Below the pieces are notes generated by a model. That model did no database searches, was not told the DNA's origin, and worked only from the letters and a program-made list of their open reading frames with translations. Below, piece by piece: positions 1 through 11,194 of a DNA stretch of 37,496 nucleotides. A program made the position numbers and the translations under genes. Source of the DNA: Ministeria vibrans ATCC 50519 (Eukaryota > Protista > Filasterea). The number at the start of each line of letters is the position of its first letter. The first letter of the stretch is position 1. The stretch is from contig CALSCP010000334.1 in the NCBI GenBank assembly GCA_943704425.1, positions 1-37,496 on the forward strand, read 5' to 3'.

Positions 1-106
<106 letters not shown>

Positions 107-138
107 GTGATAGGTGATGTGATACGTCCTTTTCTATT

Positions 139-1480
139 CTAGTAAGGGGAGAAGGAGCGAATGAGGTGGGAGATGGGAGCGGCAAAGGCATAGCGGGTGA
201 GAAAGCAAAAGAAGAGGCAGGCGGTGAAGATGACGGGACGGTAGGCACGGCCGAGAAGACGAGCATGGCCGCGCGGTGGGTTCATCATGTAGTTGAGATT
301 CTTGCCCTTGATGAGTGAGGCGGGGGAGAGGACGAGGGCGTGCCAGAGGGCGTGCAGCGAGAAGGAGAAGAGCGTGAAGAGGACGGTTGAGGACAGCACC
401 ACAAATTTGCCGCTGAACACAAAGTAAAAGGGCAGCAAAACCAGCGTCCAGTGTTGTGCAAAAAAGAAGAACACCTACAACAACAGCAGCAAAGAAAAAA
501 GAAAAGATGGGCACAATCAGAGTCGAACGCGTATATGAAGAGTGAGGAGAGAGAGAGATAGACATAGACATACCTCAAAGGGCTGTCCGTAGTCGCGCAG
601 ATCAGGAGTGAGAATGGCCAGCCATGCCCCCCACATGTTGTCAAGGTAAACGTTGAAGAGAATGGTGCCCAACGAGTCCCCTACGTTGTACTGTAAGACA
701 CACAATACTGGCCTTTTGCAGTGCAGAGACGTACCGGCAGGAAGAGACGAAATGACTAAGAGGAGCGCTGTGAGGACGTGACACGGCTGCAGCAGAAACA
801 CCAGCGAGCCACGCAGTCGCTTGTAGTTTGCAGTAACCACTAGAAGAAGTGCGCACCAATAGAAGGCGAGGGATTCGACAAGGGGCACGGCAGCGTCGGC
901 GGCGCGCACTTGCTTGTCCGCTGCCGCATAGTCACTGCCGCCTCCAAGAGCCCAGCAGCCAAAGAGGTACGTTGAGATAGCAAAGAGGGGTATCATGACA
1001 AGGGTTTCAAGGATGTGCTGGCGTGGCGAAAGGTACCTGACGATGATAGAGAGAGAGAGACAGACAGAGAAGAGACAGAGTAGTCAGTCGCAGTCGTTTC
1101 TTTTTTTTTTTTCCTTTTTATTGCGAATGCGCAGTTTAGTCACTGAGCGACAATCCAATGCAGACACCGTCAGCGTATAGATGGATGGAGGACAGAGATG
1201 CAACGGAGGGGAGGCGCAGCAGGGTCATTGGGACTCGCCAAACGTCTCAAAATGACGTTTGAAGAAGAGAGAGAGACAAGGCAAAACGAGAGACGTACCA
1301 ACTGCCATTGTTGCTGCTCTTCACGGGGATGTGCCACACGAGCGTGCCGTCGTGCCAGTCGTGCAGCCACGCGGCCCATGCGTCGATAGGGGACCGCTGG
1401 GGGTGCTGCGAGCGAGCGTGGTGGGCGCAGCGCTGCCGTTCGGCGTCCGCTTCGTCAATGACGTCGTCGTGCACAAATGA

Positions 1481-1529
<49 letters not shown>

Positions 1530-1627
1530 GTCTCCTTGGCGCGCTTCGATCGCGTCTGGATAGGATCGCGCTGAGTCTTTGCCGGAGCTGACGGGCGCTT
1601 CTTGGTTGATTTGCTTTGGTCGCCCAT
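139..1627 (-). CDS. TMEM164: TMEM164-family multipass membrane protein (about 4 exons)
   Basis: Spliced from ORFs 1247-1627, 517-996 and 139-474 with GT-AG introns (e.g. TG|gtacgt...tcag|G TAC CTT giving W-Y-L-S-P-R-Q-H-I-L-E-T). Motifs YLSPRQHILET, FLLQPCH, FFAQHW and NLNYMMNPP match the TMEM164 family. N-terminal poly-Ala comes from (GCT)n at ~1482-1526. Confidence 0.75.
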
Positions 1628-1829
1628 GAATATAAAAATTAAACTTAGTTTAAAGACGTAAAATTAATCATTATTCGTAATAGTAAAAAAAAATTAATAA
1701 TAAATATTTTATTATTATTATTGCTCAGGAAGCACATACGTATTACGTAACCGTCGCCGTAGCTACGACACAAAAAATCGCAGCATTCAACCTCATTCAG
1801 TAATACAACTAGATATTTCACTTCATTTA

Positions 1830-2796
1830 TTACATTGGTTCTGGCCAAGGACCCGTACGGATACGTTTGGCAATAGGCGACTCTGAACGCGCAGGCGACG
1901 TGCGAAACGATATCCAGTCGATCATCACACATCCGAAGTCAAGTACCACCTTGAAGAAGCCACTGCTGCGTTTTTGATGACGAACGGCAACGGTGATGTA
2001 CGGATACGAGCCTCGTATGATGGGATAACATTTGAATTCCCCTGAGAATACAAATTGCGGAAGTTGGACCAGCTTGTCGACCAAAGTGAAAAGATGTAGG
2101 ATAATCTCGACGTTGACGCCATACTGGAGGGAGGGAGAAAAAGACATATTTAATACAAAAATTCGCCCAAAATTACGTACCGAGTCGACAGGAATGTACT
2201 GGGCGACTTGACCAAGAAGTTCCTCAGGTGATAATCTCAAAAAGGCTGGCAGTGGCACATCAATCGCACTGGCAATAAGCAAGAAGGCAGAGAATGCCCA
2301 TTGGCGCTGCTGCGGAGTATAAGCCGTGTTGATGGTGCGCAGGAGTGACATCAGCTCGGAGGTGTCCAGATTTAAGGGTTTCTGGAATTGATTGAACAAA
2401 AAACAATAGCAAAATAAAAAGAACGTTCAAGACGAGACATATTTGATAATTAATTATCAATGGCAGTTTCGCTCCCCTTGGCCTGACCAGAAATGACTCA
2501 GCTGAGTCCGTAAAGTAGTAGGTAAATGGTACACCGATCATTGGATGTGAAAAGCTGAATGGGCTGACTGATGGAGGACTGTCCACTTCTGTCCAGGCAG
2601 CTCTGGATGGAGATGTTTGAGTTGTTGATTGTTTTGCAAAACGGGGCGGTCGCGCTTGCTTAAAACCAGACGACAAGTCCAGGTTAAGGGGAGACGATGG
2701 CCGTGATGGTGTCTGCACATGTGGGTCGACAGCAGGCGGCGCACACGTTGTATCCATGAAAGCATCTATGAAAAAACGGTCATCTCCAAACGGAAA

Positions 2797-2828
<32 letters not shown>

Positions 2829-5506
2829 TGCAGTACTAGTATGTGCACTGTCAGAGGAAGACGCAACGTCTGAGAGGAGTCCACCAACGGAGTCCAGAAC
2901 CTGGATGTTCTTAACCTTCATCCCATCTAGCATCTGATCATTGCGAGCAACATGCACTCGCAGTGCCCACACGTACGCTAGTGATCCGATGAGGTCGACA
3001 ATGATGGAGCCTGAGCGATTGCCAATGTGATACAAAAAGCCACCACCGTGGCCAAATGTCTTCCGGGTGATGTCGTTTAGCACCTTCAACATGTGCTGTA
3101 CATCAACAGTATTTGCGGCGATATGTATTTCAAACTTGACAAGCTTGGTCGGGATGTACGGTACCGACATTGGCGAAGTAAACAACGGCGCCGCAGCAAA
3201 GAGGCCAGCAACTGTGATGTCGTCGGCAAAAATGACATCAGAGGGGGAGGGGATGAGCACACACACAGGGATAATGTCGCAGCTGGAGCACTTGGTGGGG
3301 GGATTGAGCAAACGAAAAAAACGCGAGAAGATAAATCCCATCGCAAAATCGGAGTCATGAGAGTGCTTGAGAAACGAGAAGGTGTGCCACATGGAAGCAA
3401 GAGGTGACGTCGAGCCAGGGTCAGCTTCCGGCACTGCTTCGCAACAAAGCTGGACGGAGAGATCCTTTAGAGATGGAGTAGGAACGGAGATAGTAAAGCG
3501 GGTTTGGGTAAGAAGCGATTTCGCGTTGTCGGAGAGACCAGGGGGCATTTGGAGCGTATTGGGTACGAAAGACGACGAGACCATGACAGATTCACTGGTG
3601 GAATTGGGGGTGGCCGCAAAGGCAAGGACGAGGCCAGGTTTGTACTCCTTTGTGACACACTGAATCGCGGCTTGATAATCGCTACCGCTGCACACTGCGA
3701 GCAGAACGAAAAGGTGTGGGCCGTCCGCTGAAGCGATAGTAGTGAGAAGCGTGAAGGTTATATTGTAAAGGAGACCGGAGATTGTCCACTGCAGATCATA
3801 ATCGCTATGAAAATGCAAGGGGGTGCGCAGGAAAAGTCGCGCTTTGACCAAGGCGAGGGTGTCAGCTGGGCTGCGGTTTGATGGTGGGGTAACAATGGCA
3901 GCGAAGCGACTCGGGTCGTACGGCCCAAAATCTATCTGATGAGTCCAGGCGGGGTCTGAGACAAGCGAGTAGGCAACATGCATGTTGTTGTAGGTGACGT
4001 TAAGGGATGTAGCGGGTGCCATTGGATAGAGTGCCTATCAAAATGGAAGTGAAGTAAGTTTAATAGTTGCTGCAATCGTGTTGTGTTCAACTTTTTTTGG
4101 TTACTGGGATGGGTGGAAGGCTGATCTCCTGATAGGGCCAAAGAGAAGGAGCACAGGGATGAATGAACAAAAACTGGCCTGAGTTACAAGAGTTCACAGA
4201 GTACTTTGCAAGATCCAGTCGGCCGGAGAGACATGTTGGACGTGAAATGGGAAGATTGCCGAACATTGTAGTCCAAAGGGTGTTTATGCGTTCTTGCAGT
4301 TTTTCTGCAACCCGGCTGACCGTTGCCCAGTTGCACGGCCCCATGCTGGATGTCCCAGCAAACGCAGTCGCATTCGTGGCCCACAGGACTTCCTGCATTG
4401 CCATCGAGAACAACGTTCCTTGCCAGTACTCCGCTGACTGTCCATCTGTGTCGTTGAGCGCCGATCCGATAAACTGGTACGTGGGACAGTGATACGCGTA
4501 GTGCCAGGGTGCGTCAATGAACGTCTCAGCCTTGGATGGGACGTAGTAATCGTTCGTGAGGCTGAGGGCCTCCCCGGCATTGCAGGCGTCGACCATGATG
4601 AGGAGATGGTGCCAGCGAGCAGCGAGTGTGAGATCTTGGAGCAGTTGAGACACGGTGTACCCGCCAAAGATTCTCACGTGGTTATCTTGAACGCCAAGAG
4701 TGATACCGTATGCGAGAGTGAGAGGAGACCTTTCACCGTCGCCGCGAAAGCCATGTCCGACAAGATAGACTGTCAGCTCGGAATTGGTTGATGCGGGGCC
4801 CTTGGCTTCGCCATTGACGGTGGGTGTCGCGCTTGCTGTTGAATTGATGCATTTGACGATAGAAGAGCGCGAGAGCGTGGTGTCAATAAACCACAGAAGG
4901 CGACCACTGGCAATGGCGTTTCTGGCAAACTGGGCGCGACAGACCTCCTCTGCCTCCTCTGCCGGTGTCAAGCAGGTCGGCTTCCTGCCAAAAAAGGACT
5001 TCGTGGTACTGTAAGGCAGCGTTCCGTCTACATTGAGGCTCTTGTCGGCGATAACAGACACCAGGTCGTAGCCGTTTTGAAGCATGCCAATGGCTGTGTT
5101 GCGGGCGGCAATCGTGACGCCTTTGAGGTGGCAAAAGAGGAGCTCGGGATGCACCGTATTCAGTGTCAGTGGGTTGACTGTATCACTATAGTCGGCACGG
5201 GCGAGAATGAGGCCCTGGCGGTACGGTCGCTTCAGACCATCGATGGCTTTGGGTTTTTATATAGAGGGGAAAAAAATTAGCGAGATTGCGTTTGTGAAGA
5301 AAGCCAGAAAGGAGAAGAGTATCCTCCTCGTATTGTGACGGGAAACCACGAGTGTTTAACTATGTTAACTATGCTACAAGAGAAGACATCCAAACTGTGG
5401 CACTCAAAGAGATTAGGGGGAAAAAAAAAAAGACAATGAATGCGTTGCGAGAGTTTTCGCACGTACTGTATCGCGCAGTAGGCACTGTCGGAGGGGTCGG
5501 GTTCAT
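1830..5506 (-). CDS. Multidomain caspase-like (peptidase C14/metacaspase-type) protein, ~1050-1075 aa
   Basis: Phase-consistent exons 5506-5467, 5246-4105, 4034-2837, 2783-2488 and 2381-1830, with a possible in-frame intron at 2124-2180. Catalytic dyad motifs VYLVGHG (~4750-4770) and LLIMVDACNAG (Cys at 4582-4584); N-terminal strand GLILARADY..LKG. Confidence 0.72.
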
Positions 5507-5970
5507 TGTGGATGCAGAAAAATAGTGTGAGAGTGTGAGTCTAAAACTCTAAAAAGTTTTAAAAAAAGTTCTAATGATCTTATAACTATTATGATCAAAA
5601 ACGGAGTTGTCAACTTGTCGGTGCGGCACCCGCACCTTCCATCCTGGATATCACACTGCGAGCGGCAAGGCGCGATCTTGATCAGTCGATTGCTAATCGA
5701 TAAGACAATAAAGGCCAGGGCTTAGGGGTATCAGGGATGTACTGACTGCTGAGGGGGGCCAGGCCACTCAGGTGGGGTGAAGGCTGTCACTGAAATGGTA
5801 CCATGTATATACATATGAGGAAAGTGGTGTCAAGTGTTTGGAAGCCGGGTCATTTCTGCAATTCTGCTCTGTCGACAGTAATGTGGCCGCGCGTTTCCTA
5901 TTTCTTTGTCGAGGACTTGAGGCCAGGAAGGTACCACTTGAATCATTTATGACGCGACTTTTCTCTGTAC

Positions 5971-6007
5971 TCACACACATACACATACGCACACACACAC
6001 ACACACA

Positions 6008-6081
<74 letters not shown>

Positions 6082-6090
6082 TACACATAC

Positions 6091-6121
<31 letters not shown>

Positions 6122-6152
6122 TACATATACGCACACACACACACACACACAC
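5971..6152. repeat. (CA)n / (CATACA)n microsatellite
   Basis: Long ca run with cataca variants, immediately 3' of the GTPase-HSP20 gene. Confidence 0.97.
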
Positions 6153-6166
6153 AATATTCATTTATA

Positions 6167-8084
6167 TTATGTCTCAATTGGCGGCACAGGCGGCGCTTCG
6201 TCTTTTGGAAATCGAACCTCAAAAACACCGTGGCTGTACTTGGCGGTCGCCTTGCGGATGTTGTAGCCGAGTGGGACGGAAAATTGGGTTTCGTACTTGT
6301 CACACCAGCGACGTGACATCACGTGATGACTCACTGGATCAGACATGTTCTCGGGCGGCTGACGGTGTCCAGAGATGGTGTACAGGTGCTCCTTCCCATT
6401 GACTCCTTCGCTGAGCTTGTATGACAGATCGGGTGTGAGAGATTTGAGCTCTTCGGGCGTAAGAGAGCCTTTTGGTGCAGGAATATCATGCATAATCACA
6501 AGCGACCCATCTTTTTCGTCGGTGTACATGTCATACTAAGTGGAGAGAAAGAAAGACAGAAATACAGAGAGGGAGTAGGTGAAAGTGAGTGTGACTGCTG
6601 CATGCGTGCTAAAACCAATCATACCGTGGGCTGAAAGTCGCCGGTGACCATGGTCATGCCAAGACCGTGACGAGTAAACACGGCACGCAATCCTAATGGC
6701 TGCGAGTGTTTCTCGGTGTTCTCTAGAGGGGCGTCTCGCGGGGCAATGACGAGGGATTCTTCACCGTCCTTGTTGGGCACGCGCTTGATCTGCAGCGCAC
6801 CCACGCTGTTGGAGAGAAACCCGTTGATTTTGCTCATGCCCACGTCCAGAAGCTTATTCAGAATGCTCGACTGGCGACCAATGTTGTCCTTGGTTTTGAA
6901 CGCGTTGCGCAGGTGTGTGATGGACCGCGCATTGTACTGCTTTAGGGGCAAGTCACCGTTGCCATTGCCAATGAAGTAGTGGCAGCTCAAGGCAGTCTTG
7001 TGGACCTTCACGCCCTGATCAATGTGCATCTCCGTGTTCTCTCCGTCAAAGATTTCCCGCACTTGCTCCTAATATTATCAATAACAGAATACAGTTATAA
7101 CTATTATTATTTTATAATTGATCCCGCACCTTGAAAAGGGTTTCTGCTGCCTCGAGGGTGCATGCATCACGGAAGTTGTGTACCACATAGACCTGTTGCA
7201 CCTGCCGTCCTGATATGGTTGTTCCTTTCATCTGCTGGTACTGGATCTTGTGCCAGAGCGCATGCAACACTGAAGAAGAAGAAGAAGAAAGAATTTGAAA
7301 ATTAATTCTAATTCGAGGCCTTGCAGCTTAATTTTGGTACTCTCTTGATCTGAAGCGGAAAAATCGTTGACAACCATCACAAGAATGTCGGCAATGGAGT
7401 ACAGAACCTCTTGAATAAAGCAGTCAGTGGCGAAGCGCTGGGAGGCAGACTCAAGAACACTTCGAGCGCCGATTGTGTCGACATCCGCCGTCGAACTTGC
7501 CGAGTCCATGCGAGGCATTGTCACTGCAACAGATCCATGAGACAATTTTCAGTTGAATGTCAAAAATATAATAATAATTAATCATGTCATGCAGTTGTGC
7601 ATACTCTTCACAGGACTGTTGAGACCCGCACTGTCCGCAAAGATAAACGCGGGACGATTTTGCTCCTGAGACGGCACAATTTTGAAAGAAATTCCGCGTG
7701 TGCGACTCTTTTCCGTTGAACCTTCCGGCAACTGCTGACCGGAAAGCAGGTTAAGAACGTGGGTCTTGCCCTTGTTGAACCAGCCAATGAGTGCCACGGT
7801 GGGTGCAGTGAACACATCGTCGTCTTGTTGCTCCTCGTTCGTCTGCGTCGGGTCAGGCGGAAACGCTTTTCGGCGTAGCGTCTGCGCCAACGGATTGTGC
7901 CCTTGTACTTCCACATTAAAGCCTATATACAGAGAAGAAATTTTGCTATGATTAAGGAAAAAAAAAACACACAATGAATTGTGGTTTTACTACCTTGATT
8001 GACTTCGGCGATTGACTTGATGTCAATGATCGCATCGTACGAAGTACGATCGCTGCTGCTTTCTCGAGATGTTCCTGCTCCCAT
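6167..8084 (-). CDS. TRAFAC-class GTPase with C-terminal HSP20/alpha-crystallin-like domain (copy A)
   Basis: Start MGAGTSRESSSDRTSYDAIIDIKSI (ATG at 8084), spliced to G1 GWFNKGKT, G2 RTRG, G3 DSAG, strand ILVMVVN and G4-like VYVVHNF. The last exon YDMYTDEKDGSLVIMHDIP...YTISGHR...YETQFSVP...AKYSHGVFEVRFPK fits the HSP20 pattern. About 6 exons. Confidence 0.8.
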
Positions 8085-8585
8085 GTTTTATGGTGTGTTC
8101 GCTGCTCGGCGAGTGAGCAGTTCGGGAAAGAGAAGGGGAAAAAAAGTGACACGATCGTCTAAAATTTCTTTGATCGTATTTCTCATTTCCCCACAGGAAA
8201 TCGCCAAAACAAAAAAAAAACATATACGCGATAAGAAGCCCAATGAGACCCAAATGGCTAAAACCACACCCCTAATAGACGGTCATGGTGTCATTAGCAC
8301 ACATGAGAGCGTCGCACTTGTCTGATGTCTCTTTCTTCTTCTTCAATTCTTCTTCATCAGGTCACGAGAATGCAGTGAATTCGGAGTGAATTCTTCTTGT
8401 CAGAGACGCCAACTCGAACGAGTTTGCTCCGTGGCTTCAGCACTCTGTATCCAGTAATCCTGTCAATCCAGGGACCTGTTGTAAGCGCAGCGTTGCAGGT
8501 GACGCCGAGTGAAAGGTGAAGGAGAGTGATTTGTGGTTCAGTTTTGTTTGTTTTTGGTTGAACAGTGTAAACCAAAGTAGCGCTC

Positions 8586-9354
8586 ATGAAGCGCCTAAGA
8601 AGGTGCGGAATGTATTGGGAAAGTATGGAACAAGTTTATAGCACTCTTTCCGTCTTCCGCATAAGTTTTGCAAAGTTGACATTGAGCGAAAGTCGAGCTG
8701 ACAAGTGACTGACAATCTGACATGAATAAGAATTAAGAAATTTTTCCCTCCTGTTGTCTTCAATAAAGGTCTTTGTCTCCTATGGACCCGCCAACCATCC
8801 TCAAATGGCTTGCAGGTCTTGACGGGAACCGCGGCACTGCTCTATCGCGCTTGGCTCGAGCGTGGTGCGAGCGGCTTGACTCGAGAGTTTGGCTTGCTGT
8901 CGACGCGACGTCAATCGCCATCCGATGGACGCCGGCCGCCATCGGCTGCATAGGAGAGGAGAAGTCGTTTACAAGATGTCTCCGGCTGCTCCTTCGTAGT
9001 TTGCCTGCACCTGTGTGCATGCATGTGATTTCAACGCCAAGGGGCACAATTTATGGAGAGGAACATCTTCGAACGACGATTGTGTTTCCTGCTTTTCAAA
9101 ACTTTGTAAGCTGATAAGCATGTACTCCCAGAGACTGGAGTATACGTAGAGATCTAGAAGAACCTTTTTAAAGAAAGATATATTGCAATGAAGAAAGAGA
9201 CGACTCATTGTATTCTCCCTATTAGGTGTTTGATCCGCTTTGGGATGATGATCTTCTGACGCGCACTGTATGCAATGACGGTGCGCAAGAGCAACGTGTA
9301 CTGGTTGAAGTCGAGGAAAATGAGGAAGTCAGTGTACGCGTGCCTTACGAGTGA
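8586..9354 (+). CDS. Hypothetical protein (~160 aa) between the two GTPase-HSP20 genes
   Basis: Phase-compatible exons 8586-8602, 8769-9105 (donor gtaagc) and 9226-9354 (VFDPLWDDDLL...VPYE*). No recognisable domain; the 5' end is uncertain. Confidence 0.4.
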
Positions 9355-9437
9355 ATGAATGAAGTAGCTCATTGTAGCAAAAGATTTCAAAATAAACAAT
9401 AATAATAGTATAATAATATTTTTATTTTTTAAACAAT

Positions 9438-11194
9438 TTACTTTGATTCGATCGAGTGAACGCCAGGCGACGGTGCACTGGATCGAAGCACAAGCTCAAA
9501 AACGCCCCCTTGACACACAACAGACTCGACATGCCAAGCACCCGCAAGAGAGAGGTGGAACCAGGCAGAGGGGCAGGCAATGTTTGAGTGCTGGGGGTGA
9601 TCATGATCATCCAAGATTTTCCGCTTTTGCAGCGTAAATTGCAGCGTGGTATTTGGTAGTGGTGGTGCTGCTGCTGTTGGTGATGGTGGTGGAGCTGCGG
9701 TGGTGGGAAAGCTTGTGCGATTGTGGTTGATGTCTGTTTCGATGAGATCTGGAGTGACTGAGACTGGTTTGGTGCCACAAGGCGCATCGATACACAGTGT
9801 GAGTGTGTCCTTTTCACACGCATAGATGTCCCACTGTACAAAACAAAAAGATTAATAATAATTATTATTATTATTAACAAAAAACAACAACAATAGTAAA
9901 AGTCGTAGTGTCATTACGCAAGGTTCAAAGCCACCAGTGCTTGCAACTCTAACACAAATCTCAGCAGAAATGTCGGTAGTGGTGCCTACAAAGAGATCAC
10001 GGAGTTCCTTTGGAGTGCTGGCAGTCGATGCGTCGATGGCAAGGAGTTCGCACAAACCAAAGGACAAGTCGGGCATCGGCTGAAGGTAGACGGTATTGGC
10101 AACCACGCCACGCGTGCTTCGTAGTGTCGCAGCAATAAACGAGTCCGGTGTCTCTGGTGGCGCACGTACTCCCGCGTCGTTCTCGCACGCTCGCGCAATA
10201 TCTTGGACGAGATTCACCGCGAGCGGTCGTGTCTGTCGCCCGAGCGCAAAGTGCACTTCGCGGGAAGAAGAATCGCCTTCTTCCCAAGTATACGCCACGA
10301 GTTTCTCTTGGAAATCCAACACCGCTTGTTTACTGCTACCCGCCGGCTGTGCGTAGATAAAACATAAAATTTCAAACACATACACAATTCAAAGTTAGAA
10401 GTCTCTTCGATGAGTCTGTCTTGAGCTTACCAGTGAAAGCTCATTGACAAATTCTTCGTCAGTAATCAAAATTCGTCGTAAGTTGTGGATGACAACCAGT
10501 TTCTGACAGGGGTACTTCAGGCGCTGCGCGCGAGCATACTGCAGCTGCACAATGTCGCTCGCAGATCCGTTGAGCACGACAATCAGTGTCGTTGCGAAGC
10601 ACGAGACAATATCCGTCAGAAGCGCCTCTGTTTTCGCGCGGACCTCTCTCAAACGAGGTAGATGGATCATTCCTGCGCAGCGAGCAAGGCGAAAGAATCA
10701 GAGGAAAGGCAGTGGAAGAAATCAAAAGAAGAAAAAAAATTCGAACTTGAGCAGAGAAGAAGAAAGAGAAAAAAAAACACACACACATACACACCTCGTG
10801 TAGGACGGTCGCAGCCGGCGGCCTCTACAGCTACAGTGACGCGCTCGTCGGCGGACTGGGCTTTGGCAAAAGGGATAACGGCGCCGCCAAACGTCGGTAA
10901 CTCCGGCTCTCTGTCCACTGTGCCAAAATGCGCGACGTTGAACACCTGCTGAAGCACAAAGGACTTGCCGGCGCCACGGTCCCCGATGATGCCGTACGCT
11001 TCGTTGCCGACGAGCGGCACCTTGTGAATGATTCGTGTGGAGGGTATTTGCATGACCCAATTTCGTTCGTTCACCAGTGAAATTTGCACTGGAAACTGAC
11101 GGTCGATTGGAGTGGGAGGCTCTCGATCGCGAAATAATTCATTCCAGCCAAGACGGACAGTGGCCGTCAACTGGCCCAGCTTTGCCTTGTCCAT
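9438..11194 (-). CDS. Divergent GTPase + HSP20-like domain protein (copy B)
   Basis: G1 YGIIGDRGAGKS, G3 VEAAG (D>E), TTLIVVLN and KLVVIHNL. Last exon (not in the ORF track) WDIYACEKDTLTLCIDAP...FTLQKRK...FHLSL...VCQGGVFELVLR...ESK* is HSP20-like. 4 exons. Confidence 0.7.

Noticed and set aside
1650-5600. Endogenous virus or prokaryotic operon (run of co-oriented ORFs)
   Set aside because: The ORFs join through phase-matched spliceosomal introns into one gene; no capsid, polymerase, integrase or TIRs seen.
5620-5650. Helitron 3' end (hairpin + CTRR)
   Set aside because: The CTGG is followed by A rather than T, and no 5' TC end or Rep/helicase ORF was identified.
5768-6303. ORFs with CVCVCV / HTHTHT runs
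   Set aside because: Translations of the (CA)n microsatellite.
6167-11194. Single gene with two tandem GTPase-HSP20 units
   Set aside because: Copy B ends in TAA at 9438-9440, copy A has its own MGxxxS start, and a probable opposite-strand gene lies between them.
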